DNA of 64,000 nt from Prochlorococcus sp. AG-347-K19 (GTDB lineage Bacteria > Cyanobacteriota > Cyanobacteriia > PCC-6307 > Cyanobiaceae): positions 3,804-67,803 of the forward strand of contig QCCG01000004.1 of NCBI GenBank assembly GCA_003281335.1, given 5' to 3'. A model generated the notes under the pieces. It was given only the letters and a program-made list of their open reading frames with translations, did no database searches and was not told the DNA's origin. Shown here piece by piece: positions 30,340 through 40,655 of this stretch. Within the stretch, counting starts at the first letter, position 1. Every line of letters starts with the position of its first letter. Both the position numbers and the translations under genes were made by a program.

Positions 30340-31359
30340 TTAAATTTGAAATGAAAAAAAAATTAAGACAAAAATTATTATCCATAATAATTGTAATCTC
30401 AAAATTAATTGACAAATTAATTTAATTTTTTCTCCAGTGCAATTATCTCCATTCGCATTGATCTTTGGCTTTTTAATAATCTCATTTTTATATTTACTTT
30501 TTCCACCCAATGTTATTCCAGAAATATAAGCAAATATAGCTTCTGAGATCCCAGCATTAGGCGAATCATATTTTTTACCATCAAGATAGCTTTTTTTTAT
30601 GATTGATCCATACTCATTAATTTTGGGACTAACTAAAGGTAATGTAATTAAAACTAATCTTGAAGGAACAAACGTAAAAATATCTTCGATTTTTGCACTG
30701 AAAAAACCTAAATATCTAAAATAATCATATCTGTAACCTATCATTGAATCTAAAGTACTTACGGCTTTATAAGAAAAACCAAGTGATAAAGGCCCTGGCA
30801 GAAAAATTGAAAATTTCATAAAAAAAATTCCAATAAAAATCCAAAATAATGGCCCAAATATTCCATCAACAGAATTCTCGGTAAGACTCTCTGTACTTGA
30901 TCTCAAAAGATGTTCTAAAGAAGATGAACTTACATCCCTACTAACTATCCTTTGTACCTTCTCTTTGATTATTCTCTTATTTTGGTCATTAATTTCTTCG
31001 CGTTCTATAAGCTCTGCAATCTCTTTCACACTTGAAATAAGTCCCTTAGTCGCAATACAACTCGAAAGTCCAAAAAAAATTAGCAATCCACCAAAAAAAT
31101 TATTTCTTGATTGCACATAACTGAGTTCTATCAGTTTACCTAAACCAAAACTCATTCCTATGGTGGTTATAGCTACTATTAAGCCACCCCAAAACAATAT
31201 ATTTTTATTTTCCCCAAAATTATTTATGAGGTAATCAGATATTTTTTTTATGTAAAAGCCAATTACTTGAACAGGGTGGATTAAGAATCTTGGATCGCCG
31301 ATTAATAAATCAAAACCAATCGATCCAAGGAATATTAAAAATAAATTTATTTCAGCCAA
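30340..31359 (-). CDS. cbiB: Adenosylcobinamide-phosphate synthase CbiB/CobD
   Basis: [16 protein letters not shown]-terminal motif, ...DSPNAG..., and a multi-TM architecture. TTG start overlaps the ilvC end by 13 nt. Confidence 0.85.
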   Translation of the reverse strand: MAEINLFLIFLGSIGFDLLIGDPRFLIHPVQVIGFYIKKISDYLINNFGENKNILFWGGLIVAITTIGMSFGLGKLIELSYVQSRNNFFGGLLIFFGLSSCIATKGLISSVKEIAELIEREEINDQNKRIIKEKVQRIVSRDVSSSSLEHLLRSSTESLTENSVDGIFGPLFWIFIGIFFMKFSIFLPGPLSLGFSYKAVSTLDSMIGYRYDYFRYLGFFSAKIEDIFTFVPSRLVLITLPLVSPKINEYGSIIKKSYLDGKKYDSPNAGISEAIFAYISGITLGGKSKYKNEIIKKPKINANGDNCTGEKIKLICQLILRLQLLWIIIFVLIFFSFQI

Positions 31360-32336
31360 CTGAACATCGAGCGCAAACCTTTACCTACTTTCTCAATTTC
31401 ATGTTTTGAGTTCTCTTCTCTTAATTTTGTCATTAAGGGTTTGTTTTTGTCGCATTCTTCCACAAAATTCTTAGCGAAAGTTCCATCTTGAATATCTTTT
31501 AGAATTTTCTGCATTTCTTTTTTTGTATCACTATTGATTAGTCTTTTACCACTTACATAATCTCCATATTCTGCAGTATTTGAAATGGAATCTCTCATTT
31601 GAGATAAGCCTCCCTTTACCATTAAGTCAACAATAAGTTTAACTTCATGTAAGCATTCGAAGTAAGCAAGTTCAGGTTGATATCCTGCCTCTACAAGAGT
31701 TTCGAAGCCTGATTTGACGAGTTCTGATAATCCTCCGCACAAGACAGCTTGTTCGCCAAATAAATCAGTTTCTGTTTCTTCTTTGAAGTTTGTTTCAAGA
31801 ATTCCTGCTCTCGTTCCGCCAATCCCTTTAGCGTAAGCCATAGCCAATGATCTTGCACTCCCAGAAGAATCTTGCTCTACTGCAAACAATGCTGGAACTC
31901 CTTGACCATTCTGATATTCCCAACGAACAGTGTGTCCTGGTCCTTTTGGGGCAATCATTACAACATCCACAAAACTAGGAGGTTTGATAAGTCCGAATCT
32001 TATATTGAAGCCATGAGCAAAACTTAATATCTTTCCTTCTTTTAAATTTGGTTCTATTTCTTTAAGATAAACATCTTTCTGAAACTCATCTGGAAGGAGA
32101 ATCATAATCCAGTCTGCTTTTTCGCAAGCTTCAGAAACGCTAAAGACTTGTAGACCATCGCTAATAGCTTTGCTTTCAGACTTACTTCCTTTATATAATC
32201 CAACAATTACATCAATACCGCTATCTTTAAGGTTTAGGGCATGTGCATGACCTTGTGATCCATATCCAATAATCGCTATTGTTTTATTATTTAAAAGACT
32301 TAGATCTGCATCTGTGTCGTAAAAGAGTTGGGTCAT
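31347..32336 (-). CDS. ilvC: Ketol-acid reductoisomerase
   Basis: [21 protein letters not shown]...FAHGFNI...GEQAVLCGG are canonical class I KARI motifs. Confidence 0.97.
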   Translation of the reverse strand: MTQLFYDTDADLSLLNNKTIAIIGYGSQGHAHALNLKDSGIDVIVGLYKGSKSESKAISDGLQVFSVSEACEKADWIMILLPDEFQKDVYLKEIEPNLKEGKILSFAHGFNIRFGLIKPPSFVDVVMIAPKGPGHTVRWEYQNGQGVPALFAVEQDSSGSARSLAMAYAKGIGGTRAGILETNFKEETETDLFGEQAVLCGGLSELVKSGFETLVEAGYQPELAYFECLHEVKLIVDLMVKGGLSQMRDSISNTAEYGDYVSGKRLINSDTKKEMQKILKDIQDGTFAKNFVEECDKNKPLMTKLREENSKHEIEKVGKGLRSMFSWLK

Positions 32337-32447
32337 TAGTTGTAGCTTCTTTGCATTTGATAATTAATATTTTAGACATTAAGGTGGCAATAAACCAAAA
32401 AAATTATTAATTTAAAAAATTAAAATTAAAATATTAATTTAGAAAGT

Positions 32448-33059
32448 TTAAGACTGATTTGCTTCGCTTGGATGGGTAATTACTCTATCAATTAATCCAT
32501 AATTTTTTGCTTCTTCCGCACTTAGAAAATAATCTCTATCAGTATCCTTTTCAATTTTCTCAAATGATTGCCCTGTCATATCTGCCATAGACATGTTTAA
32601 CATATCTTTAATTCTTAAAATTTCCTTAGCTTCTATTTCAATATCACTTGCTTGGCGTTGAGATGTCCCTCCTAAGGGTTGATGAATCATTATTCTGCTG
32701 TGGGGCAAAGCAACTCTTTTACCTTTTGTACCAGCGGCCAATAGGAAGGCTCCCATGGAGGCTGCGAGACCTACGCATATTGTTACTACATCACTTTTTA
32801 CGTATTTGATAGTGTCATAAATTGCCAAGCCAGCAGTTACTGATCCTCCTGGGCTATTTATATATAGATAGATAGGTTTGGAATTATCATCAGAATCTAA
32901 ATAAAGCATTTGTGCGACAAGGCTATTAGCAATACCATCATTCACTTCTTGTCCAAGAAAAAGAATTCTTTCAACACCTAGTCTTGTATATATATCGACC
33001 CATCTTTCGTATTGACTTCCTGGAAGTCTGTAAGGCACGCTTGGAGTTCCTATTGGCAT
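32448..33059 (-). CDS. clpP: ATP-dependent Clp protease proteolytic subunit (catalytically competent; ClpP3-like by context)
   Basis: Ser in [11 protein letters not shown] and His in IMIHQPLGG are present. Confidence 0.93.
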   Translation of the reverse strand: MPIGTPSVPYRLPGSQYERWVDIYTRLGVERILFLGQEVNDGIANSLVAQMLYLDSDDNSKPIYLYINSPGGSVTAGLAIYDTIKYVKSDVVTICVGLAASMGAFLLAAGTKGKRVALPHSRIMIHQPLGGTSQRQASDIEIEAKEILRIKDMLNMSMADMTGQSFEKIEKDTDRDYFLSAEEAKNYGLIDRVITHPSEANQS

Positions 33060-33083
33060 GATTTTAAAATAGTTTTGTGAGTG

Positions 33084-33755
33084 TTAAATTTTATTTGGTA
33101 AATCTTTTTGACTTGTGAGTATTCTATCTATAACTCCATAATCTAAGGCTTCTTGTGGGTTGAGATAACTCATCCTGTCAGAGTCTTTTGAGAGTTCTTC
33201 AATGTTCTTTCCAGTATTACGAGATAAAATCTCCAGCATTGATTTTTTATTTTTCAAAACTTCCTCAGCTCGTATTTGGATATCGGTTGCTTGGCCTCTT
33301 GCTCCGCTTATAGGTTGATGCAAAACAATAGAAGCATGCGGAAGAGCTGCTCTTTGTCCCTTAGTGCCAGATGAAAGAATAACTGCAGCAGTCCCCATTG
33401 CTTGTCCGATACATATGGTGTGTACTGGGGGTTTAATGTAGCTTATCGTATCGCAAATAGCGAAAGCTTCTGTTTCAAAACCTACTGCGTCACCAGTGTA
33501 CCAACTTGTTCCAGTTGAATTTATATAGAAATAGATTGGTTTTTCTGGATCCTCAAACTCTAAATAAAGAAGTTGAGCAATAATTAGCTCAGTAACATCC
33601 ATTCCTAGTTGTCTTTTCGCATCATCATCTGAAAATAATGGTAAACCAAGATAAACAATTCGCTCTTTCAATAAAAGAGAGGGGAGATCTGGGGGCGGGG
33701 TCCTCATAACGGTGTTTTCGCCGTAATAAGGAGCAGATACAGTCATTTGTATCAC
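33084..33755 (-). CDS. clpR: ClpR, a ClpP paralog lacking the nucleophilic serine
   Basis: Aligns to the downstream ClpP, but the Ser position reads GQAMGTAAVIL (Gly for Ser). Confidence 0.85.
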   Translation of the reverse strand: MIQMTVSAPYYGENTVMRTPPPDLPSLLLKERIVYLGLPLFSDDDAKRQLGMDVTELIIAQLLYLEFEDPEKPIYFYINSTGTSWYTGDAVGFETEAFAICDTISYIKPPVHTICIGQAMGTAAVILSSGTKGQRAALPHASIVLHQPISGARGQATDIQIRAEEVLKNKKSMLEILSRNTGKNIEELSKDSDRMSYLNPQEALDYGVIDRILTSQKDLPNKI

Positions 33756-33786
33756 AAAATTAAGATTGAACTGATTCTAGCTAGAT

Positions 33787-34896
33787 TTAGCCCTGTGTCG
33801 CTGGTGATTTAAAAGATTTGTTTGACTCAGGATTATTTATTAGTTTTCCAAAGACCATTCTTCCTGTGGGAGTTTGTAATGCTCCTGTGATGACAATATC
33901 TAATCTGCTTCCCACAAAATTCTTTGCCTCATCAATAACAACCATTGTGCCGTCATCTAAATATCCAATACCTTGCATTTTTTCTTTGCCTTCTCTCACG
34001 ATTTTTATATTAAGTGACTCTCCTGGTTGTACTTCTGGCCTTAAAGCAATAACCAAATCACTCAAATTCATAACTTTTAATTCTTTAACTTCAGCGATCT
34101 GAGAAAGATTATAATCAGCCGTAATTAAAGTTCCTGTCATGTCCTCAGTAATTTTAAGGAGTTTTTCATCTACCCCATTACCTTCATACTTTGTTGGATT
34201 GATTACAAGTCTTCTCCCATATAAATCTCTTAATTCTTTTAATAACTTGAGCCCTCTTCTGCCTTTGGACCTTTTTTCATTACTGCTTGAGTCAGCTAAA
34301 GTTTGTAATTCGTCAATTACACTTTGAGCAACAATTAATTGCCCCTCCAATAATCCGCAACTTAATAGGCCATTGATTCTTCCATCAATAATTACACTGG
34401 TATCAAGAATTTTTGGACTTGCAGCAGGGAGGATACCTTCATTAACTAGATATGCATCAGTATTATTTGGATTAAATAATCTCAATAATGTCCTTCCATG
34501 GGTATCTGCCAACTTATAACCAAGCACACCAAAGAAAATATTGCTTAATATGGCTGCTAAAGGTTTTGCGAAAAAAACTTCTCTAGGGAAGGGAATTAAT
34601 AGTATTGGAGCAAGAAGGAGATTCGCAACAAGTAATCCCAAAATTAATCCAACGGACCTACTTATTAGTAAGTCCGTTGGCATTGTTCTTATTTGATCAA
34701 GAAACGTCTTTCTAAGTTGAAGAAATACAAAACCAGCTGCTAATCCTACAAAAAAACCAATTATTGCTAAAACAATTCTAAAACCTTCTACATTAGATAC
34801 CTGTTTGAGTATGTCTACTGGCAATAAATCAACACCAAGCCATCCTGAAGCAGCCCCAGATAATACAAATAAAATTAATACTAAGATATCTGTCAT
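33787..34896 (-). CDS. Membrane-anchored PIN/TRAM-domain protein (YacL/ycf81-like)
   Basis: Four N-terminal TM helices, a PIN-like core (ILDTSVIIDGRI) and a C-terminal TRAM-like beta domain (GESLNIKIVREGKE...GIGYLDDGTMVVI). Confidence 0.8.
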   Translation of the reverse strand: MTDILVLILFVLSGAASGWLGVDLLPVDILKQVSNVEGFRIVLAIIGFFVGLAAGFVFLQLRKTFLDQIRTMPTDLLISRSVGLILGLLVANLLLAPILLIPFPREVFFAKPLAAILSNIFFGVLGYKLADTHGRTLLRLFNPNNTDAYLVNEGILPAASPKILDTSVIIDGRINGLLSCGLLEGQLIVAQSVIDELQTLADSSSNEKRSKGRRGLKLLKELRDLYGRRLVINPTKYEGNGVDEKLLKITEDMTGTLITADYNLSQIAEVKELKVMNLSDLVIALRPEVQPGESLNIKIVREGKEKMQGIGYLDDGTMVVIDEAKNFVGSRLDIVITGALQTPTGRMVFGKLINNPESNKSFKSPATQG

Positions 34897-34992
34897 ACAT
34901 ATAATCTACTAGGATTTATTAATTGAGTAAATAAGGATCTTATTTTTTTCAATCCTTAATACGTTTTTGGAGCTTAAAAATGAATTTATATT

Positions 34993-36216
34993 ATGAATAA
35001 GTTTCCAAGAAGTGCTTATGTGCACATTCCTTTTTGCCACAGAAGGTGTTTTTATTGTGATTTTGCAGTTATTCCATTAGGAAACAAAGTAGAAACTTTA
35101 AAAGGTTATGGAAGCAAAACTGTTCAAGAATATTTGCAGTTTTTATATAAAGAAATATTGTCAATTAAGCATAAATCACCATTATCGACAATTTATATAG
35201 GAGGTGGCACTCCATCAATTTTAGATCCAACGCAAATCAAAGAATTAATTGATCTTTTTAGAGAAAATTATGGAATTGACTATGGTGCTGAAATTACTAT
35301 GGAGGTTGATCCAGCAAGTTTCACTCAAGTTGATCTGTTTGGCTTCATAAATGCTGGGATAAATAGATTTAGTCTTGGAGTACAAAGTTTTAATAATCAG
35401 ATACTTCAAAAGTCGGGAAGGCGTCATTTGAAAGAAGATGCAGAGAAATCTTGTTTATGGTTGAAAAGAGAATATGATTCTGGGTTAATAAAAAGTTGGA
35501 GTTTAGATTTAATTCAAAACTTACCACTAAGTGGATTTAAAGAATGGCAAGATGACTTAAAAAAAGCAATTTCATTTTCACCACCTCATCTATCTATATA
35601 CGATTTAAATATTGAAAATGGCACTGTTTTTAAAAAATTAATTAATTTAGGCAAATTAAAACTCCCAAGTGATGAAGAAGCTTTTAGGAATAGTGAATCA
35701 ACCCATTTAATTTTAAAAAACTCAGGGTATTCAAGATATGAAATATCAAACTATTGCCTTCCGCGACATCAGTCGAGACATAATAGGGTTTATTGGAGTG
35801 GTTTAGGCTGGTGGAGTTTTGGTCAAGGTTCCACTAGTTCACCTTGGGGGGAAAAGTTTACTCGACCAAGAGTTAGTAAAGAATATAAAGAATGGGTAAC
35901 TAGACAAGACGAATTTAATTTAGATTCATCCCTAACTAATAAGGAGTTTGTTTATAAAGAACTTGATGAGAAAATAATGTTGGGATTAAGAGTTAGAGAG
36001 GGTTTAGATATCAAAGAAGTGTTTAAAGAACAAAACTGGGATGACAAAAAATGTGAAAGCAACTTCAGTAAATTGATTGAAGAATGGGAAAGATTTCTTG
36101 AAAGTGGACTACTAGTAAAAAAGGGGAATAGATTCTTTTTAAGTGAGCCTAATGGCATGGAAGTTAGTAATCAAGTTCTTATTTCTATGTTTAAGTGGTG
36201 GGATGAGATTAACTAA
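34993..36216 (+). CDS. hemW: Radical SAM HemN-like protein (HemW-type heme chaperone / O2-independent coproporphyrinogen oxidase-like)
   Basis: YVHIPFCHRRCFYCDF (CxxxCxxC) and GGGTPS. The 3' end overlaps convergent panB by 8 nt. Confidence 0.85.
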   Translation: MNKFPRSAYVHIPFCHRRCFYCDFAVIPLGNKVETLKGYGSKTVQEYLQFLYKEILSIKHKSPLSTIYIGGGTPSILDPTQIKELIDLFRENYGIDYGAEITMEVDPASFTQVDLFGFINAGINRFSLGVQSFNNQILQKSGRRHLKEDAEKSCLWLKREYDSGLIKSWSLDLIQNLPLSGFKEWQDDLKKAISFSPPHLSIYDLNIENGTVFKKLINLGKLKLPSDEEAFRNSESTHLILKNSGYSRYEISNYCLPRHQSRHNRVYWSGLGWWSFGQGSTSSPWGEKFTRPRVSKEYKEWVTRQDEFNLDSSLTNKEFVYKELDEKIMLGLRVREGLDIKEVFKEQNWDDKKCESNFSKLIEEWERFLESGLLVKKGNRFFLSEPNGMEVSNQVLISMFKWWDEIN

Positions 36217-36982
36217 GTCTTTCAGAGTCTACCCATTCTTTTAATTTATCCTTGAATAATTTCTTTCCTTGGATAATTGGTTGGCAAAATGGGGGTTGAT
36301 CATCATTAAGGCCTAACAAATCTGCAGTAACTCTTACTTGCCCATCGCAATAATTACCTGCGCCGATACCTATTGTGGGAATTGTTAAAGAATTTTGTAT
36401 TTCCTTGGCAAGCAAATCAGGAATATGTTCAAGAACTATTGAAAAACATCCTAATTGTTCAAGAATTAAAGCCTCTTTCTTTATTTTTTCTTGGCTTGCT
36501 AAGCTTTCTCCTTGTTTTTTTAATCCAATATTTAGATAGCTTTGTGGTGTAAGACCTATATGACCCATAACAGGGATCCCCATTCTTATTAATCTAGAAA
36601 TAACTTTTTGTATTTCTGGTTCGGCTCCTTCTATCTTTACAGCTTTTGCATAAGTGCTCTGAATGATTTTCCCTGCATACTCAACAGCTTTATCCTCACC
36701 ACATTGGTAAGTCAGAAAAGGCATATCTGAAACGACCAAAGGCTGTTCTTCAATTTTCTTTTTAAATCCTCTTGAAACAGCATTAGTATGATAAATTATG
36801 TTTTCTAAAGTTATTGGCAATGTCGATTTGTATCCTAAGCAGACCATTGCTAATGAATCCCCTACTAATATGAGATCAACATTTGCTTGTTCTGCAATGG
36901 ATCCTGATATGGAGTCCCAGGCAGTTAGTGCAATGATTTTGCGAGATTTTTTTTTATAATTAACCAGTTCTGAAGGTAACAT
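36209..36982 (-). CDS. panB: 3-methyl-2-oxobutanoate hydroxymethyltransferase
   Basis: ALTAWD...ILVGDSLAMV...VVSDMPF...VKIEGA...GHIGLTPQ are PanB motifs. Confidence 0.93.
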   Translation of the reverse strand: MLPSELVNYKKKSRKIIALTAWDSISGSIAEQANVDLILVGDSLAMVCLGYKSTLPITLENIIYHTNAVSRGFKKKIEEQPLVVSDMPFLTYQCGEDKAVEYAGKIIQSTYAKAVKIEGAEPEIQKVISRLIRMGIPVMGHIGLTPQSYLNIGLKKQGESLASQEKIKKEALILEQLGCFSIVLEHIPDLLAKEIQNSLTIPTIGIGAGNYCDGQVRVTADLLGLNDDQPPFCQPIIQGKKLFKDKLKEWVDSERLS

Positions 36983-37029
36983 AATAAATTTATGTATCTT
37001 TTTTAATCAAGAATTGCTAGTATTATTCT

Positions 37030-37123
37030 GACTCGGCCTTTCGCGGTTTTAACGCCTAAACCTGGTCAGGACCGGAAGGTAGCAGCCACAAGGGATGCTT
37101 GAGGCAGGCGAGATAACCGAGTC
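37030..37123 (+). ncRNA. ffs: Signal recognition particle RNA (4.5S RNA)
   Basis: Domain IV core CCTGGTCAGGACCGGAAGGTAGCAGCCACAAGG matches the bacterial consensus in + orientation. Closing helix GACTCGG/CCGAGTC. It is a GC-rich islet in an AT-rich spacer. Confidence 0.88.
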
Positions 37124-37138
37124 ACTCTATTTTACCTT

Positions 37139-38254
37139 TTAACCTATATCTTTTTTATTTTGCCTTAATCTCAAAAACTCAGGAATACTAGCTCCTGATT
37201 CTTTATTATCGGAATAATTATATAAGGGTTGATTAGATAATCTATTTTTTATTCTTTGCTGGTTTAATGGTTGGGTTGTTTCGAATCCTGTAGCAATTAC
37301 AGTAACTTGTATCTCCCCTTCCATTGCCTCATCGACCACTGCACCAACAATAATATTCGCTTCTTGATCAACAACATCATAAATAATTTCAGATGCAGAG
37401 GTCATGTCTTCTAAAGTCATGTCTTTGCCTCCAGTAATATTTATAACGCAGCCTTTAGCTCCATCAATTCTTGCTGCTTCTAATAAAGGACTATTCATTG
37501 CTGCCTGTGCTGCCTCTATAGCTCTAGATCTTCCTGAACCTATACCTATTCCTAGAAGTGCAGTGCCAGCCTCAGTCATAACTGATCTAACGTCTGCAAA
37601 ATCAACATTAACTAATCCCGGGCAAGTAATTATGTCACTAATGCCTTTGACCCCCATTCTTAGAACATCATCAGCATTCCTAAATGCTTCTTGAAGAGGA
37701 GCTCCTGCTATAACGTCTTTTAACCGATCATTTGGAATAACTATAAGAGTATCAACGTTTTCAGCTAGTCTTGCGATCCCCTCCTCAGCTTGACGCATTC
37801 TTCTTTTTCCTTCAAAAGAAAATGGTTTGGTTACTATACCTACTGTTAGAGCCCCACTTTGTTTGGCTACTTCTGCAACAACGGGAGCAGCACCTGTACC
37901 AGTTCCTCCACCCATTCCAGCGGCTATAAAAACTAGATCAGATCCCTCTAAAGCTTGTTGAAGCTCTTCTTTGGATTCTTCGGCTGCTTTTTGCCCAATA
38001 CTTGGATTCCCACCTGCACCTAAACCTCTAGTGAGGTTTTGTCCAAGTTGAACTCTACTTTCTGCAGAAGATTGTAATAGGGCTTGTGCATCGGTATTGA
38101 GGACTCTAAATGAAACACCTTCTAAATCACTATTTATCATTCTATTGACAGCATTACTGCCACCACCACCTACACCAATAACTTCTATTTTGGCGTTTTG
38201 GCTTGGGTGGATTTCTCTTGATTGATCAAAGTTTGGATTGTTACCGAAGCTCAT
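37139..38254 (-). CDS. ftsZ: Cell division GTPase FtsZ
   Basis: [13 protein letters not shown] and [16 protein letters not shown] (tubulin signature). Confidence 0.98.
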   Translation of the reverse strand: MSFGNNPNFDQSREIHPSQNAKIEVIGVGGGGSNAVNRMINSDLEGVSFRVLNTDAQALLQSSAESRVQLGQNLTRGLGAGGNPSIGQKAAEESKEELQQALEGSDLVFIAAGMGGGTGTGAAPVVAEVAKQSGALTVGIVTKPFSFEGKRRMRQAEEGIARLAENVDTLIVIPNDRLKDVIAGAPLQEAFRNADDVLRMGVKGISDIITCPGLVNVDFADVRSVMTEAGTALLGIGIGSGRSRAIEAAQAAMNSPLLEAARIDGAKGCVINITGGKDMTLEDMTSASEIIYDVVDQEANIIVGAVVDEAMEGEIQVTVIATGFETTQPLNQQRIKNRLSNQPLYNYSDNKESGASIPEFLRLRQNKKDIG

Positions 38255-38434
38255 CTCTTAATTAGGAATCTAAAACTAGTATTGGGTGCATTATGAACTT
38301 ACTGAGCTCATCTGTAGGAATTTGTTGAGGAAAATCCTAAAAATATTTATTTATTAAATATTTTGTTTTGAATGCAAAACCCACATCAACACTACAATAA
38401 TTAAAAAAAATTATTCAAAATCCTTTTTCAAATA

Positions 38435-39160
38435 TTAGGGTTTGAACACTTTTATTTTTGGTTTATTTGGATTTGTAAGATCAATATTATCTATTTTTAT
38501 TGAAAAGCCATTTTTCTCAAATTCATTTTTTAAATTATTGATTATTTGTAATTGATAGTTGATTAAATCTGGTTTAAATCCTAAGAAGATTGTTTTTAAA
38601 TCTTTCTCCTCAACAATTAGAAAACCATCAGGAGAAAAAGTTATTTTAACTATCTCAAATTCATAATTCTCTAGAGCGATGAAAATTTCAGATAATATAT
38701 TTTTAAATTTTTCTTTCCATCCAAAAACTTGTATGGTTAATTTCTCCAAATTTTTTTCATCCACATTATGTTTATTTATAAAACTTCCATCTTTATCGAT
38801 AAAGCCTAACATTTTTTCTTCTTTTATAATTCTCTCACCGTAAGCTATTGGAATTCTTGTATTAATGTGAACCTTCAAACCAAAAGGAAATAATTCTCTG
38901 TTTACCGAAACATTCTTGAGTGATAAATTCTGTTTTAACTCTTTTTCTAACAAATTAGTTTTAACAAAAATTAATCGGATTGGAAAATTTACAGATGAAC
39001 TCCTTACCACATCATTCTGCGAAAATAATTTACTTCCAGAAATCCTAATGTCCCGAGTATTAACTTTTTTGAGAGTTTTTATGCTTAAAAAGCTTGTTAA
39101 AAATAAAAATGAAATTAGAAAAAAAAAGCTTCTATTTTTGGTTCCTTTTTGGTTTTTCAC
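38435..39160 (-). CDS. ftsQ: Cell division protein FtsQ/DivIB (TM plus POTRA)
   Basis: N-terminal TM, POTRA-like start (IRISGSKLFSQNDV) and a position immediately upstream of ftsZ. Confidence 0.7.
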   Translation of the reverse strand: MKNQKGTKNRSFFFLISFLFLTSFLSIKTLKKVNTRDIRISGSKLFSQNDVVRSSSVNFPIRLIFVKTNLLEKELKQNLSLKNVSVNRELFPFGLKVHINTRIPIAYGERIIKEEKMLGFIDKDGSFINKHNVDEKNLEKLTIQVFGWKEKFKNILSEIFIALENYEFEIVKITFSPDGFLIVEEKDLKTIFLGFKPDLINYQLQIINNLKNEFEKNGFSIKIDNIDLTNPNKPKIKVFKP

Positions 39161-39567
39161 AAATCACATCGAGCTTTTTCCATCAGTTGGTCCATCCATT
39201 CTCTCGCTTGCTCTGCATCTGAAAATGGTACATCCATCTCTTTCCCATCCCCTACCAATCTCAACCTGCACTTACCTTGAGATTCGCTTGTTAGTGGAGC
39301 TTCTCCTGAAGTAAGTGCCATTAATTCAACTAATTCAAGTTTCTTGATTGCAAAAGAATCTTTTTCTTCAAATTTACCAGCTTCAAATGCGCTCCACTTT
39401 AACTCCCCATCTTTTAAGGACGCTGCACCTGAACTATCCAACTTGCAAAGTTCAGAATCACTCGCCCAACTTCTAAAAAGATTTTGCCTTCTTCTTTCTA
39501 ACCATCCAAGTGCAGTTAATAAAATGAAGATTAAAAGTAATGGTAACCAAAGTAGTCCATGCAACAT
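39157..39567 (-). CDS. Uncharacterised 136-aa protein (N-terminal TM helix plus soluble domain), translationally coupled to ftsQ
   Basis: LLWLPLLLIFILLTALGWL anchor and a 4-nt overlap with the ftsQ start. It is clearly less AT-biased than its neighbours. Confidence 0.6.
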   Translation of the reverse strand: MLHGLLWLPLLLIFILLTALGWLERRRQNLFRSWASDSELCKLDSSGAASLKDGELKWSAFEAGKFEEKDSFAIKKLELVELMALTSGEAPLTSESQGKCRLRLVGDGKEMDVPFSDAEQAREWMDQLMEKARCDL

Positions 39568-39577
39568 TTGATTTAAA

Positions 39578-40645
39578 CTACAAATCTAAAGATATATCTA
39601 CCAGTTTAGCCACAAGTTGTTCAATTTTTAAACCTGAAGCTTCCCAAAGCATTGGAAACATACTGTTTTTTGTAAAACCAGGAATTGTATTTATTTCATT
39701 AAGCAAAATTTTATTTGAAGATTTTTCTAAAAAGAAATCTACTCTTGCAAAACCGAAAATATTTAGTGCTCTACAACTTCTAATAGCAATTTCTTTAATT
39801 TCTTTTTTGATTTTAGAATCTATTGCGGCTGGGATAATTATTTTATTATCTGAGTGATATTTTGAATCGTAATCATACCACTCACTTGAGTAATTTACCT
39901 CGCCTATTTCAGAGGTTAAGAGTTTTGAATTACCAATTATTCCGCATTCAATTTCTCTTACCTCCAAACCTTCCTCTATTAAGATTCTTGGATCTATTTC
40001 CCGAGCCTTCTCCAATGCTAGTAATATTTCCGATTCATTTTTGACTTTGGAGATGCCAAGAGATGATCCAGAGTTGGATGGTTTAACAAAAACAGGAAAT
40101 TTTAATTTTTTTAAAATTTCATCAATTATTTTATTTTTTACTTGCTTATCGTTGAGATCTTCATTTTGAAAAACTAGATAATTAACTTGTGGAAGTTTAA
40201 GATTTGAGAAAATTGTTTTCATCAATATTTTATCCATTCCAAGTGCAGAGCCAATAATTCCGCACCCGACTAAAGGTTTCCTTGTAAATCTAATTAAGCC
40301 ATGAATTGATCCGTCTTCACCATTAATTCCATGTAAAAGAGGAAACCAAACATCAATATTTTGAAATTCAATTCCTTCAAGGAAGTTTATTTTTTCTTGA
40401 TTAAAAATTTTTTGTTTTTTTGTTTTATAGTATTTAAATTCACCAATTAGGATTTTTTCTGAAATATCACTATCAAGCCAATCTCCATATTTGTTTATGT
40501 AAAAAGCTTTAACTGTAAAGCGTTCTTTATTTTTTTGTGCATTAAATGCTTGAAAAACTGTTTTTGCAGAGGATATGGATACTTCATGTTCATTGGAATG
40601 CCCGCCAAATATTAACCCAATACATTTTTTCTTTCCCCCAATCAT
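39578..40645 (-). CDS. ddl: D-alanine--D-alanine ligase
   Basis: IGLIFGGHSNEHEVSISSA...FPLLHGINGEDGSIHG...EINTIPGFT are Ddl ATP-grasp motifs. Confidence 0.95.
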   Translation of the reverse strand: MIGGKKKCIGLIFGGHSNEHEVSISSAKTVFQAFNAQKNKERFTVKAFYINKYGDWLDSDISEKILIGEFKYYKTKKQKIFNQEKINFLEGIEFQNIDVWFPLLHGINGEDGSIHGLIRFTRKPLVGCGIIGSALGMDKILMKTIFSNLKLPQVNYLVFQNEDLNDKQVKNKIIDEILKKLKFPVFVKPSNSGSSLGISKVKNESEILLALEKAREIDPRILIEEGLEVREIECGIIGNSKLLTSEIGEVNYSSEWYDYDSKYHSDNKIIIPAAIDSKIKKEIKEIAIRSCRALNIFGFARVDFFLEKSSNKILLNEINTIPGFTKNSMFPMLWEASGLKIEQLVAKLVDISLDL

Positions 40646-40655
40646 TTAAAAAAAT

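Noticed and set aside
37021-37130. GC-rich islets (37030-37123, 42123-42196, 47376-47457, 25758-25828) as possible horizontally acquired fragments.
   Set aside because: All fold into canonical structured RNAs (SRP RNA and three tRNAs), which fully explains the composition.
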